This document shows, piece after piece, positions 8,949 to 19,444 of a stretch of 64,000 nt of DNA. Every line of letters starts with the position of its first letter. Positions within the stretch are counted from its first letter, which is position 1. The DNA is taken from NCBI GenBank assembly GCA_964509365.1, contig CAZDWN010000001.1, positions 150,966 through 214,965 on the forward strand. The letters are read 5' to 3'. Origin of the DNA: an uncultured Pseudomonadales bacterium. GTDB lineage: Bacteria; Patescibacteriota; Microgenomatia; UBA1400; UBA12028. Under the pieces are notes generated by a model. That model worked only from the letters and a program-made list of their open reading frames with translations, ran no database searches and was not told the origin of the DNA. A program made the position numbers and the translations under genes.

Positions 8949-9866
8949 ATGGCTCAATTCTCAGTTGTCATCGCGGGATCGACCGAGCGGACACTCCTCT
9001 GCGCCAAGGCGCTCGCAAAAGATTCGCGCTTTGAGATCGTAGGAGTCTTGACCCCGTCCCCAAAGCCAATTGGACGAAAGCAAGTGGTGACCAAAAATCC
9101 CATGCACCAGTGGGCTGAAGTCAATCACATTCCTGTGATCCTTGTCGAAAAGAAACTTGATAGTGAAATTCAAAAAACTCTCAACTCTCAACTCTCCAGT
9201 CTCCACTTTCTTCTCGTTGTTGATTTTGGCTATATCGTCCCACAGTGGCTTTTGGATATCCCCACTATCGCGCCGGTAAACATTCATCCCTCAGCGCTTC
9301 CAAAATACCGAGGCAGTAGTCCGGGGCAATTTGTGCTCGCTTTTGGAGAGAAAGACTCGGCGATTAGTGTCATTGTGATGGATGCGCTGTTGGATCACGG
9401 ACCGATCATCACCAAAATTCCTTTCGAGGTCGACCCAACTTGGACCTCGGCTGACTACTATGCACACGCATTTTCACACATCGCGCATCGACTTCCCGAC
9501 ATTCTTGCTGGATTCGCTGACAATCGTCACTCTACTGCGCAACCCGATACCGCGCCGACGCCAACCGCCAGGATGCTCACTCGTGACGACGGGTATGTTC
9601 CCTATCAAACGCTTCGGCGTTTGATAGCAAATGACAAACGGCAAATGACAAGTGACAAATTGGAGGAAGTTCCATTTCTTTCTACCTACAAGCTCCCCGC
9701 TACAAGCTATCAGCTGTATTGCATGTGGCGAGGCCTCACTCCTTGGCCAGGGTTGTGGACTCTCGTTGATGGAAAACGCATGAAACTACTCTCGCTTCAC
9801 ATGGATGGCGAAAAACTCTTCTTGGACGAAGTCCAGTTTGAGGGTGAGAAACCAAAAAAATACTAG
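8949..9866 (+). CDS. fmt: Methionyl-tRNA formyltransferase.
   Basis: N-terminal formyltransferase domain (IAGSTE..., VVDFGYIVP, NIHPSALPKYRGSSP) and a C-terminal domain. It is linked to def as in the classic def-fmt arrangement. It contains heptamer repeats at 9176-9210 and 9688-9715. Confidence 0.85.
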   Translation: MAQFSVVIAGSTERTLLCAKALAKDSRFEIVGVLTPSPKPIGRKQVVTKNPMHQWAEVNHIPVILVEKKLDSEIQKTLNSQLSSLHFLLVVDFGYIVPQWLLDIPTIAPVNIHPSALPKYRGSSPGQFVLAFGEKDSAISVIVMDALLDHGPIITKIPFEVDPTWTSADYYAHAFSHIAHRLPDILAGFADNRHSTAQPDTAPTPTARMLTRDDGYVPYQTLRRLIANDKRQMTSDKLEEVPFLSTYKLPATSYQLYCMWRGLTPWPGLWTLVDGKRMKLLSLHMDGEKLFLDEVQFEGEKPKKY

Positions 9867-9869
9867 GAA

Positions 9870-10073
9870 TTACTGCGCGACGACGCGAGTGGTCGGGACT
9901 TTGAGTTTACTCAAGCAGCGTGAGCACACAGCTACTTTGCGTCGGACCCCATCAATCATGAGGTTTTTCGCATGGAGGTTTGGTTTGCGTAGTCGTTTGG
10001 TGCGGTTTTTTGCGTGAGAAACGTTGTTTCCGTAGTTCGCACTTTTTTGACAGAAAAAACAAGATGTTGCCAT
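9870..10073 (-). CDS. rpmB: 50S ribosomal protein L28. The real start is at the internal Met (MATSCFFCQ); the upstream part of the track ORF is spurious.
   Basis: CFFCQKSANYGNNVSHAKNRTKRLRKPNLH matches the L28 signature (C-x-x-C, GNNxSHAxNxTKR, PNLH). Confidence 0.75.
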   Translation of the reverse strand: MATSCFFCQKSANYGNNVSHAKNRTKRLRKPNLHAKNLMIDGVRRKVAVCSRCLSKLKVPTTRVVAQ

Positions 10074-10155
10074 ATAGAGCACGTAGTATACCAGAGAAAT
10101 TCTCGGGTGAAAACCCCCAGGCGCAAGCCATCCAGGAGATGCTATTATAGCTTTC

Positions 10156-10773
10156 ATGCCGATTCAACTTCTATTTAGCCAGCCAATAGTCTTCTTCCTC
10201 TGGGCGGGAGCATTGCTCGTCACACTCACGATCCACGAATTTGCCCATGCGTTTGTCGCCGAGCGACTTGGGGACCCTACCCCAAGACTGCAAGGTCGAG
10301 TGACGCTCAATCCGCTCGCCCACCTTGATCCACTAGGGACTGTCGCCATGTTGTTTATTGGTCTTGGCTGGGGAAAACCCGTCATGTTTGATCCGTACAA
10401 CCTCAAAGACCCCAAGCGCGACGCCGCCTTGATCGCACTTGCAGGTCCAGCAAGTAACTTGATTCTCGCCAGTATCCTCGCAGTGATCGTCCGAACTGTC
10501 GGTGTCGACTCGCTGTTCACGAGCATAGCAATATTGGTGATCCAAACCAATGTAGGCTTGGCAATCTTCAATCTTATTCCTGTGCATCCCCTCGACGGCG
10601 GGAAAATATTGATTGGCCTTGCGCCAAAGGAAGTTGCGAGAGAGTGGGATCAAGTGCTTCACCAATATGGGACGATGATCCTGTTGTTCCTGATCATCCC
10701 CTTTAATGGCCAGTCTGCTGTCAGCAGTCTCATCTCACCGATCGTCTCCGCCATATTGCGGTTCCTAATCTAG
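10156..10773 (+). CDS. Site-2 protease-like M50 family membrane metalloprotease.
   Basis: HExxH (HEFAH) in a TM helix and LDGG in a later TM helix. Multiple TM segments. Confidence 0.7.
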   Translation: MPIQLLFSQPIVFFLWAGALLVTLTIHEFAHAFVAERLGDPTPRLQGRVTLNPLAHLDPLGTVAMLFIGLGWGKPVMFDPYNLKDPKRDAALIALAGPASNLILASILAVIVRTVGVDSLFTSIAILVIQTNVGLAIFNLIPVHPLDGGKILIGLAPKEVAREWDQVLHQYGTMILLFLIIPFNGQSAVSSLISPIVSAILRFLI

Positions 10774-10795
10774 GCATAGCAAACAAATTTAAGCG

Positions 10796-10852
10796 CGCAG
10801 GGATGCCCCGGGTACTCCCGAGCGAGCCGAGCACTTCAAATTGAGTTTGCTT
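10796..10852. repeat. Intergenic repeat family A, copy 2.
   Basis: About 90% identity to 1919..1975. It lies between the convergent ends of the M50 protease and amino-acid permease genes. Confidence 0.7.
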
Positions 10853-10868
10853 TGCCCAAACAGAATGA

Positions 10869-12659
10869 TTACTGGATGATTCTGACTCCGCCAAGGCTTT
10901 CAAAACTGAAATCATGGCTATCGTGGATCGAGCCAATGAAGATATTGTTTCGCTGAATCTTAAATCGAGAGGCATAGACTCTGACAAGTTCGGGTCCAAA
11001 GCTCAACTCATTTTCGACGACGAGATCGATATTCAGGTTCTCAAAGACGTGGGCTTCCTTAAATGTTTCGATATATTTTGCAAATTTCTCAAGCAGCAGT
11101 GTCGAGTTCTCACTTTGCTCTTTACAGAAAATGACGGTGATATTGCGACTCGTTTCATTTTTCTTGATGTATTCGAGCGCTCGATACAACTTATGTGGAT
11201 GATGAGCAAACAAGAGGATACGCGGACGGATGACATGATGCAGCCAAGGTTCCACGCGTGATGCCAAGAACGGAAAGTCTTGGACGATGGTGAGGAGCCA
11301 CTCGAGCAAATAGTCGCGATAGATCATCGCCATGACGAGCGAGATCACCGGGAGGAAATAGAGCAAGAAAAATGTCAGGTTTCGAGGATCGATGAGGATA
11401 TTCCCGACGATACCGGCGATCGTTGCGCCGGCGGCGATCACTGCATAGATGATCGGAGATCGATACGTTCGCTTTAAATCTGGGCGATTAGATCGCAAGA
11501 TCACATTCCCGATGGCAAACAACGTCATCACCCCCAAGAAACTGATTGTGTACACTCCAGCGAGTGAGAGGAGATCTCCATGCGTGATAAACAGTATTGA
11601 AGAGCACAAGAGCGCAAACGCAATGATAATGCGAGTGGTATTTTGATTGCGATTCTTCATCTTTGGCAAGAGGATGGAGCTCGGGAAACAATGATCGAGT
11701 GTCATGCGATACAAGAGTCCAGACGCGCCGACAAAACTGGCGAGCACCGCACCAGATAATACCATGAACGCATCGGCGACGATCAAATACTTCAGTGCGA
11801 TTCCTCCGATTTGCATCGCACTATCCGCGAGGACAAAATCTTTCACTGTCGCGATCGTGTCGAGTGGAAGCGATCGGAGGACCACAAAGGTGATCAATGG
11901 ATTGAAGAGCACGACGCCGGCAAGCATATTACGAAGCGTTTTTCGAAATACTCCATTTTGTTGCTCTTCGACAAAGTTCGCACTGCTTTCAAATCCAGAG
12001 ACTCCCAAGAGCGACGCCGCAAACGCAAAGAACAGCATTTTCCCCGCCCCTTCACGGGCAAACAACTCATGGGTCTGCGCGATACTTTGAGGGATAAATC
12101 CTAGGCCCATGTTTGCGACACTCATGAGTCCAACACAGACAAAGAGCGTGAGCACAAAAATATGAAACATGAAAATAACTTTTGCTACCTTGGCACTGTC
12201 TTTGACACCCAAGATGACAAGGACTGCGAAGAACACGATGATGACTTCCGTCATTGGCAGCACCGGCTCTTGCGGGATCACGGTATGCAAGTACGCTGCA
12301 GCTGTTTTTGCTGAGATCACGGTCGTCGCGACGTACGAAAGCGTCGTCATGACACCAGCAATCGCCGCTAATGGTTTGACGGTTGCATTGAGGAGACAGT
12401 TATACGCACCGCCATTGAGTGGGAGTGCTTCGACAACTTCAGTGTAGACATGTTTATACAGCCAGAGCACGGAGCCAATGAGCAGGAAGATCAACGGAGC
12501 GTAGACGCCAGCAAACAAGATCGCGATGCCGCACACATACAGACAACTTGACAAGATATCGTTGCCTGCGATCGCAGTCGATGAGAACTCATCGAGTAGT
12601 GTGTGAGTTTCGACTTTTGAATCCTTTGCCATACTCTCAATGGTAACAAAGCCCTCCAC
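10869..12659 (-). CDS. APC-superfamily amino acid permease with a C-terminal cytoplasmic domain.
   Basis: Twelve predicted TM helices with amino-acid permease-like spacing, followed by a ~150-aa soluble C-terminal extension. Confidence 0.65.
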   Translation of the reverse strand: MEGFVTIESMAKDSKVETHTLLDEFSSTAIAGNDILSSCLYVCGIAILFAGVYAPLIFLLIGSVLWLYKHVYTEVVEALPLNGGAYNCLLNATVKPLAAIAGVMTTLSYVATTVISAKTAAAYLHTVIPQEPVLPMTEVIIVFFAVLVILGVKDSAKVAKVIFMFHIFVLTLFVCVGLMSVANMGLGFIPQSIAQTHELFAREGAGKMLFFAFAASLLGVSGFESSANFVEEQQNGVFRKTLRNMLAGVVLFNPLITFVVLRSLPLDTIATVKDFVLADSAMQIGGIALKYLIVADAFMVLSGAVLASFVGASGLLYRMTLDHCFPSSILLPKMKNRNQNTTRIIIAFALLCSSILFITHGDLLSLAGVYTISFLGVMTLFAIGNVILRSNRPDLKRTYRSPIIYAVIAAGATIAGIVGNILIDPRNLTFFLLYFLPVISLVMAMIYRDYLLEWLLTIVQDFPFLASRVEPWLHHVIRPRILLFAHHPHKLYRALEYIKKNETSRNITVIFCKEQSENSTLLLEKFAKYIETFKEAHVFENLNIDLVVENELSFGPELVRVYASRFKIQRNNIFIGSIHDSHDFSFESLGGVRIIQ

Positions 12660-12737
12660 CTCTCACAATGGTAACTTTGCGCACAGAATCAGACAAGACC
12701 AAAGTGGTACACTACCTTTTTCCATTCAATCTCTGCT

Positions 12738-13382
12738 ATGACTACCGAACTTCATACTGTCGATCCCATTCTTGCTGAATTTGAGGCACAATCGCTCGAG
12801 CGGAGAGAGAAAGTTGAACGATACCTACTGCAATTTATTACAGCAACGGTCATTTTTCTGCTTGATAAATCACTTCTAGCATCCGGTGATGGCCTGATAG
12901 CCTTGCCAATCACACTGACACTTATAGTGGCGGAGATTGAAGTGGAGTTGAAACTGTTGAAGGCGCAGCAAGACGGAGTGATTGCTCGCTGGCTGACCAG
13001 TATGTTACTGATTACCGTACTCGTGGTTTCCAGCCGGGAAGCACCGAAAGACGCTCTGGAGCAGAATTCGAGAGTACTTACTCAAGTGGCTCCGACCGTG
13101 ACGCTTACTGTTCCTACTCCATCACCTTTTCCAACTTCAACGTTCGTACCTACTCCGTTTCCCACCTCGACCCTTCCTGCCATTGAGGCAGAAATTCAAA
13201 AGCACACGCTCACCGATAGTGATGCCAAAGCTATTGCGCAAGTGGTCAAACAGGAAAACGAAAGTGAGAACGCGTGGCTCACTATCAGAGCATATCTCTT
13301 AGGGGTGCTCTCACCATTAATAATTTCTGGCGTTCTGAATCATCGAAAAAAAACTGCAACGCTCCCACCAAAAAAAGAGTAA
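12738..13382 (+). CDS. Hypothetical membrane protein with a Pro/Thr-rich linker.
   Basis: Two TM helices and a PTVTLTVPTPSPFPTSTFVPTPFPTST low-complexity segment. Confidence 0.45.
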   Translation: MTTELHTVDPILAEFEAQSLERREKVERYLLQFITATVIFLLDKSLLASGDGLIALPITLTLIVAEIEVELKLLKAQQDGVIARWLTSMLLITVLVVSSREAPKDALEQNSRVLTQVAPTVTLTVPTPSPFPTSTFVPTPFPTSTLPAIEAEIQKHTLTDSDAKAIAQVVKQENESENAWLTIRAYLLGVLSPLIISGVLNHRKKTATLPPKKE

Positions 13383-13391
13383 ACTGAGTGG

Positions 13392-14168
13392 ATGATCCCT
13401 ACACTTTTTCTTCCACCGATCGCAGTCTTTGTTTTTTTTATCGTGATGTACGTCATCGCCCTGGTGCGAAAAGACAATTCCGTAGCTGATGTAGCTTGGG
13501 GACTGGGATTTATGCTCGTCGCGATCACGGGCTTCATCGTCAATCACTCATACGTTCCTCGATCTGTACTTGTGCTTGGACTCGTATCGGTTTGGGGACT
13601 TCGATTGGCTACTCATATTTTCGTACGCAATCGCGGAAAAGGAGAAGATTATCGATACCAAGCTTGGCGCTCTCAATGGGGCGAGCACGTCGCCCTTCGT
13701 TCGTTCCTACAGGTTTTTCTCCTGCAAGCAGTTTTCTTGCTTGTTGTCAGTCTCCCGGTGCAACTGACAATGCATTTCTTTGGCACTCAGACATTTACGC
13801 TGATAGATTCCGCTGGTCTCGTACTCTGGACTTTCGGATTTGCGTTTGAGTCCATAGGTGATGCGCAACTGAATGCATTCAAGAAAAATCCAGAGAATAA
13901 AGGACACATATTGCAATCTGGATTATGGAAGTACACCAGGCATCCAAACTATTTTGGCGAAAGTTTGATGTGGTGGGCGATCGCGCTCATCGCGTCACAA
14001 GTACCCTTTGGATATGTTGGGTTCCTTGGTGCACTCACAATCACGCTCATGATTCGGTTTGTCTCAGGAGTACCATTGCTAGAAAAAAAATATGAAGGCA
14101 GAGAGGATTGGGAGGCGTATAAGAAAGAGACTCCAGTTTTCATTCCGCTCCGTACTAAACTCTGGTAG
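13392..14168 (+). CDS. DUF1295 / steroid 5-alpha-reductase-like membrane protein (isoprenylcysteine carboxyl methyltransferase-like fold).
   Basis: Polytopic membrane protein with the C-terminal YTRHPNYFGE...WWAIAL motif characteristic of the DUF1295/ICMT/steroid-reductase superfamily. Confidence 0.6.
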   Translation: MIPTLFLPPIAVFVFFIVMYVIALVRKDNSVADVAWGLGFMLVAITGFIVNHSYVPRSVLVLGLVSVWGLRLATHIFVRNRGKGEDYRYQAWRSQWGEHVALRSFLQVFLLQAVFLLVVSLPVQLTMHFFGTQTFTLIDSAGLVLWTFGFAFESIGDAQLNAFKKNPENKGHILQSGLWKYTRHPNYFGESLMWWAIALIASQVPFGYVGFLGALTITLMIRFVSGVPLLEKKYEGREDWEAYKKETPVFIPLRTKLW

Positions 14169-14177
14169 ACTAGACAA

Positions 14178-16829
14178 GTGAATTGGCACACGCTCTCCCC
14201 TCATGAAGTCTATACACATCTCCATTCCGATCCAGCGGGACTGCGCTCAAATGAAGTCGAGTCACTGCGACTGAGATATGGGCTCAATGTCATCCCCGAC
14301 TCTCCTCCCCCTTCCTTGATCAGTTTGTTTCTCTCCCAGTTTACCAGTCCGTTGGTCTTTGTGTTGGTTCTGTGTGCGTTACTCATTTTTTTCATCCATG
14401 GAGTGAGTGACAGTATTGTCATTGGCATCGTCTTGCTTCTCAATGCGTGTATTGGCGCGTACCAAGAGTATCACTCTCAGTCGACACTCTCTGGACTACG
14501 AAAACTGGCGACGACTGTGGCGCATGTGCTCCGCGATGGAAAAGAAATTGAGATTCCTGATCGTGAGCTTGTCCCAGGGGACATTGTCGTCATTCGTGAG
14601 GGCGAGAAAGTCCCTGCAGACTGTAGAGTCATAGAAGTAGAAGTTTTGCGAAGCGATGAATCGGCCTTGACCGGAGAATCAAGTCCAGTGATGAAGCAAG
14701 TCGATGCGGTCAAACGAATAGACGCAGCGGTGTCAGATCAACACTCGATGATCTTCAAAGGAACCACGATCGCAACTGGCACTGGGAAAGCAGTCGTGAC
14801 GAGCATCGGCGCTCAAACTGTCATTGGATCATTGGCGAGCACTATCGTATCGCTGGACACTGATGTACCACTCGCTACAAAGATAAATAAACTTGCTCGA
14901 AGTATCGTGATCTGCGTACTTTTTGCAGTCGGAGTGTTCTTCCTCATTAGTTTGATCAAAGGTTTGGAATTTGCCAGTTCGTTGACGACTGCGGTCTCGA
15001 TGACGGTTGCGTTGATTCCGGAAGGTTTACCAGTTATTTTGACATTGGTATTGGCTTCGAGTGTAGCCAGGATGAGCAAACGAAACGTCCTCGTCAAACG
15101 ACTCCAAGCTGTGGAAGCACTGGGGAGTGCAAACGTCATCGCTGTCGATAAAACCGGGACAATTACACTGAATGAACTTTCTGTTCAACGAATTGTGACC
15201 CACCCGCTTGAAGACTTTGCAGTGTCCGGTGAAGGGTATTCAGTTGAGGGTGAGTACGTTTTGAATGGCGAAAAAATAGAGAAACACAAGCAAACTGAGC
15301 TGATTCACCTACTATCGATCATGCAGTCCGCGACCAGTGGGTATCTGCGCAACGTCGATGGCAGGAATTTCCCAGTTGGTGATCCTACGGAAATTGCAGG
15401 CCTTGTTGCTGCACAAAAGTTTGGCACTCCCGTGAGTGTCTATAAACGAATTGCATTTGTCCCGTTTGACTATCATCGCAAATTTTCTTCACATCTCTTT
15501 GAACTCCCTGACGGCACTTTTCTGATGACTCGCATCGGTGCTGCAGATGTCATTTTGAGGAACGCTTCACTTTCTGACCACAAACGGTCAGAAGTTGAAG
15601 CGAAATTACATTCCATGCAACGATATGGGTTACGTGTGATCGCGGTCGCGAGTCATAGATTTCCACATCGACCAGCTGACGCCAGTGCGAAGATCTTTGA
15701 CACGATCCACACATTCGAGTTTGGAGGACTTGTTGCAATGCAAGACAGCTTGCAGAAAGGTGTCACAGACGCAATTGCTCATGCAAAAGGCGCTGGACTG
15801 CGAGTAATCATGATTACAGGTGATCATGCGGAAACTGCAAGAGCGATAGCCCATCAAGTTGGAATCTATGCAACTGGCGATGCAATCTTGACAGGAGATG
15901 AGATAGAGGAGCTCAGCCCTGCGATGTTAGCTTCGAGACTACACTCGGGCAACTCCTCACCCATCACTGTGTTTGCTCGAGTAACTCCCGAACATAAATT
16001 GCGAATCATTGAAGCATTACGCACGAATGGTGATATCGTCGCCATGACAGGAGATGGAGTCAATGACGCTGCGAGCTTAGTTGCCGCTGATCTCGGGATT
16101 GCGATGGGGATCACGGGGACAGAAGTTGCCAAAGACGCAGCCGACATTGTGTTGCTTGATGATAACTTCAGGAGTATTACGAGTGCCATTGAGGAAGGAC
16201 GCGCACTCTATCTCACGATTAAAAATGTGATTGTCTATTTGCTGTCTTCAAGCGCCGGAGAGGCCTTCACATTGTTTGGAGCACTTCTCCTCGGATTCTC
16301 ATCCCCGATCAGCGCGGCCCAAATTATTTGGCTCAACTTTGTCACTGATGGATTCTTGGACGTCGCATTATCGTATGAGCCTCACGAAAAAGACATTTTA
16401 AACACATCATGGAGCGAGACATCTACAGCTCTCGTCGATTCCGGAATGTTTGGGAGATCACTACTCACAGGTGCGTGCATGGCGATTGGGACGGTGTTTG
16501 TATTCTGGCAGTTTCATGCTTCAGGCGCCGCGATCGCATCGACGATGACATTGACGACGCTTGCCGCATTTCAATGGTTTCATGCGTGGAATTGTCGCAG
16601 CAAAACCAAGTCACTTGCCCTGTTATCAGTCACAAGTAATCGTCCACTTCTCTTCGCGACAGCTATCGTCGTGATCCTTCAGTTTGTCGCTATCTATGCC
16701 CCAGTCATGCAAACACTGCTACATACGACTCCACTGAATCTCTCTCAGTTGCTCATTTGTGTCGGTATCGCCTCAACCATTATCGTGACTGACGAGATTC
16801 GCAAACTCATAGTGACAAAGCGACTGTGA
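14178..16829 (+). CDS. P-type cation-transporting ATPase (P2-type, Ca2+/Mg2+-like).
   Basis: The phosphorylation motif DKTGTIT, the hinge motif TGDGVNDA, and 10 TM segments in the P2-ATPase arrangement. Confidence 0.9.
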   Translation: MNWHTLSPHEVYTHLHSDPAGLRSNEVESLRLRYGLNVIPDSPPPSLISLFLSQFTSPLVFVLVLCALLIFFIHGVSDSIVIGIVLLLNACIGAYQEYHSQSTLSGLRKLATTVAHVLRDGKEIEIPDRELVPGDIVVIREGEKVPADCRVIEVEVLRSDESALTGESSPVMKQVDAVKRIDAAVSDQHSMIFKGTTIATGTGKAVVTSIGAQTVIGSLASTIVSLDTDVPLATKINKLARSIVICVLFAVGVFFLISLIKGLEFASSLTTAVSMTVALIPEGLPVILTLVLASSVARMSKRNVLVKRLQAVEALGSANVIAVDKTGTITLNELSVQRIVTHPLEDFAVSGEGYSVEGEYVLNGEKIEKHKQTELIHLLSIMQSATSGYLRNVDGRNFPVGDPTEIAGLVAAQKFGTPVSVYKRIAFVPFDYHRKFSSHLFELPDGTFLMTRIGAADVILRNASLSDHKRSEVEAKLHSMQRYGLRVIAVASHRFPHRPADASAKIFDTIHTFEFGGLVAMQDSLQKGVTDAIAHAKGAGLRVIMITGDHAETARAIAHQVGIYATGDAILTGDEIEELSPAMLASRLHSGNSSPITVFARVTPEHKLRIIEALRTNGDIVAMTGDGVNDAASLVAADLGIAMGITGTEVAKDAADIVLLDDNFRSITSAIEEGRALYLTIKNVIVYLLSSSAGEAFTLFGALLLGFSSPISAAQIIWLNFVTDGFLDVALSYEPHEKDILNTSWSETSTALVDSGMFGRSLLTGACMAIGTVFVFWQFHASGAAIASTMTLTTLAAFQWFHAWNCRSKTKSLALLSVTSNRPLLFATAIVVILQFVAIYAPVMQTLLHTTPLNLSQLLICVGIASTIIVTDEIRKLIVTKRL

Positions 16830-16830
16830 G

Positions 16831-17967
16831 TTATAGATGAAGACTTTCCAATATATTGCGCTTGGAGTAGTTGATCGTGTAGTTCATTTTTTCAGTGACT
16901 GTTTTGTCATACCCAAAGTACAAAACTTCATCGCCTCCAGCAGCTAAGAACAAGAGGAGAGCAGACTTAAACCAATCAAGGTGATCATCGGTTGTCCCGA
17001 TTTCATGAAGGGCAACTTTGGTTTGTTCGCCATAAAATGGCCTGGCTTTTGAAAGCAAATCAAGCAGTATGTCATTTTGGAGAAGCGAACTTGGCAATCT
17101 TTGAAACATCTGATCGTACAAACTCGCAACCGCAAGGCGTCCGTATGGCTCTGGATAGACATCGACGCCGACTGCTCGCACCGGTGCCTGGGGAAAGTAC
17201 GCCTCCATTGATCGACCCGAAGCCGCAAAACATAAGTCAAGGTGAAAGCGTGAGGTTGCTTCTTTGTCCGCTCGGATGAGACTGGCGAAACTCTCAAAAA
17301 TCGACTTAAACGAGTCTTGATGCGATTCGACAGTCATGTCTACTGGTTTCTTGTATGAGATGTCTCCTGCATACGCATTTACTTCATACAGAAACCGAAT
17401 CGTGATCTCCCCGCTCGTTTGTCGCAGTAGTCGATCAAGCCATTCTTTCATCAATCCCAACTGCTCGTTTGTATTCGTACCAGCGAATGGATGTGGCTTG
17501 AAGTGCGACCCCATACCGAGAGAAAGTTGTTGCGAATATCCTTTGGTTCTGACGTTTTGAAGCCGGCGCATGTGACGTCGCATCACGTCTTCAACATACA
17601 TATCTTCCAACAGCGCAAAGACACCCACTTGATCCGGGATCTCCCGTTTTCTCGGTGAATCTTCAATTTGCGACAAGGCATCATCACCCAACAAGTCAAA
17701 ATCTGGATACCAACCCATGCCAATTTTCTTGTCGAGCAGAAGCGAGTAGAGATACGTTTCCTCCTGCGGAGTAAGGACGAGATTTTTGGCGAGCGCAGGA
17801 AAAATATCAAACGCAAGTTCAGCCAAAGAGCCGGCAGCGAGCGTTGAGCAAGCGAGCACTGCTGCATACTTCATAAACGAACGCCTACTCGCTTGTGTAC
17901 TCAAGACTTGATTGACGAGACGAACTATCTCCGATTCACCAAATGGATGAACCGCTTCATGACTCAT
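16831..17967 (-). CDS. Hypothetical exported protein with a twin-arginine-like signal.
   Basis: SRRSFMKYAAVLACSTLAAG near the N-terminus resembles a Tat signal. No catalytic motifs recognised. Confidence 0.45.
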   Translation of the reverse strand: MSHEAVHPFGESEIVRLVNQVLSTQASRRSFMKYAAVLACSTLAAGSLAELAFDIFPALAKNLVLTPQEETYLYSLLLDKKIGMGWYPDFDLLGDDALSQIEDSPRKREIPDQVGVFALLEDMYVEDVMRRHMRRLQNVRTKGYSQQLSLGMGSHFKPHPFAGTNTNEQLGLMKEWLDRLLRQTSGEITIRFLYEVNAYAGDISYKKPVDMTVESHQDSFKSIFESFASLIRADKEATSRFHLDLCFAASGRSMEAYFPQAPVRAVGVDVYPEPYGRLAVASLYDQMFQRLPSSLLQNDILLDLLSKARPFYGEQTKVALHEIGTTDDHLDWFKSALLLFLAAGGDEVLYFGYDKTVTEKMNYTINYSKRNILESLHL

Positions 17968-18048
17968 ATATGGGAGTGAGTATACACCGAGGCAGAGTGT
18001 CGTTCTTACACTTCTCTTACGGTATCTGTTTGGCTATAAGCCTATACT

Positions 18049-19038
18049 GTGGGCATGGAAACCAGAGTCATTGCATTGCCAGAAGTGTTATATCCGCGAC
18101 AGGAAGTCGCTCATGGCGATCTTCTTGATTTGCGAGTGGAGGGACACGATGTCTACAACATCACCGCACCGATTAAGATTGGGAAAGAAACCTGTATCTT
18201 TGGACGTGTGGAAGAACGCTCGCGCGAGGATGGATCGCGGATCTTTGCGTTTCAGTTGTTGACTGATGGATCCTGGTTTCCCATCGAGCTCAAACTTCCG
18301 TTCCTCCAAGATCCAGCTGTAGCGATCATAGATGGCGAGATCATTCTGTCAGGAATACATGTCCAATGGGACACAGACAATTCAGATAAATTGGTAGCGC
18401 AAGTGTATTGGACCGTGTTCTACACGTTAAACGAGAAGCTTGAAGCGAAGCGAGCATTTCGTGGACCTGATCGCATGAAGGATATTCGACTTGTTGAACT
18501 CGCAGAGAAGAATGTACTGGCGTTCGGAAGACCAAACGGGCGCATATCGGTGAGCGAGTTTGATTCCACAGATGACTTAAACGCTCAATCTATCGCTGAG
18601 GGGAAGATTTTGGATATACCCGTGAAAGATGGAGAATGGATTGGCGCAAACCAAGCGAAGTACGTTGACGGACTCGTCTGGGTGTTGGGTCATGTCGGCC
18701 GATGGGTCAGTGAAAATGGGAAAAAGATTCGCAGGTACAATGCAATGGTCTTTGTGTATGATCCATTGACCAAGGAATACTCGGAGATGATTGAAATCGT
18801 GACCGCTGACCAATTTAGTTGTGATCAAAAGAAAAATGATGAGCTTTGCCATATCATCTTCTCCGGTGGTTTTGAAGTTTCGCCAGACGGTTTGTCGATC
18901 ATTGTGTATGTGGGCATCAACGATGCAGCCGCAGGCAAAATTGTCTTGCCAAATCCATTCAAGCAGCTTGTAAAGGAAATGACTAATCGACCCAGTTATT
19001 CCAAAGGACGAGCACGGCTGCGGCGCACAAGGCAATAG
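18049..19038 (+). CDS. Hypothetical protein, possibly a beta-propeller fold. The function call is weak.
   Basis: A 329-aa soluble protein with no diagnostic motifs. Confidence 0.45.
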   Translation: MGMETRVIALPEVLYPRQEVAHGDLLDLRVEGHDVYNITAPIKIGKETCIFGRVEERSREDGSRIFAFQLLTDGSWFPIELKLPFLQDPAVAIIDGEIILSGIHVQWDTDNSDKLVAQVYWTVFYTLNEKLEAKRAFRGPDRMKDIRLVELAEKNVLAFGRPNGRISVSEFDSTDDLNAQSIAEGKILDIPVKDGEWIGANQAKYVDGLVWVLGHVGRWVSENGKKIRRYNAMVFVYDPLTKEYSEMIEIVTADQFSCDQKKNDELCHIIFSGGFEVSPDGLSIIVYVGINDAAAGKIVLPNPFKQLVKEMTNRPSYSKGRARLRRTRQ

Positions 19039-19228
19039 CGACCGCTTGGGACGGGACGCTGACACCGGCAAAGATTCGGCCGGCGATATCGATCGAAGTC
19101 AATTCCTTGAAACCCCAATTGAATGCCGTAAATGTGACAAACAGGAGGCTCAAGTGATAGATTCCACCACGTAAGAATGATCGACGTGACATCAAATACA
19201 TACGGACTTACTGTATCATATTTCTAGT

Positions 19229-19444
19229 ATGAAAAAAATTGAACTCGGCATCTATCAGCACTACAAAGGAAATAGATACCTGGTACTAGGCATTGCAAAG
19301 CATAGTGAGACCAAAGAAGATCTCGTCGTGTATGTGAGTTTGTATACCAACGACATGGCTAGCCTGTGGGTGCGGCCGCAAGCAATGTTTTTGGAAGACA
19401 TTGTGGTCGATGGCAAGACCGTTCAAAGATTCAAGAAATTGTGA
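19229..19444 (+). CDS. DUF1653 family small protein.
   Basis: GIYQHYKGNRYLVLGIAKHSETKEDLVVY matches the DUF1653 core (YxHYKGG.Y...A.H.ET.E..VVY). Confidence 0.6.
   Translation: MKKIELGIYQHYKGNRYLVLGIAKHSETKEDLVVYVSLYTNDMASLWVRPQAMFLEDIVVDGKTVQRFKKL

Noticed and set aside
10164-10665. ORFs 10164..10571- and 10333..10665- antisense to the M50 protease gene
   Set aside because: Shadow ORFs opposite a gene with HExxH/LDGG motifs.
18577-19071. 164-aa ORF antisense to 18049..19038
   Set aside because: It is fully contained antisense within a longer ORF and is low-complexity.
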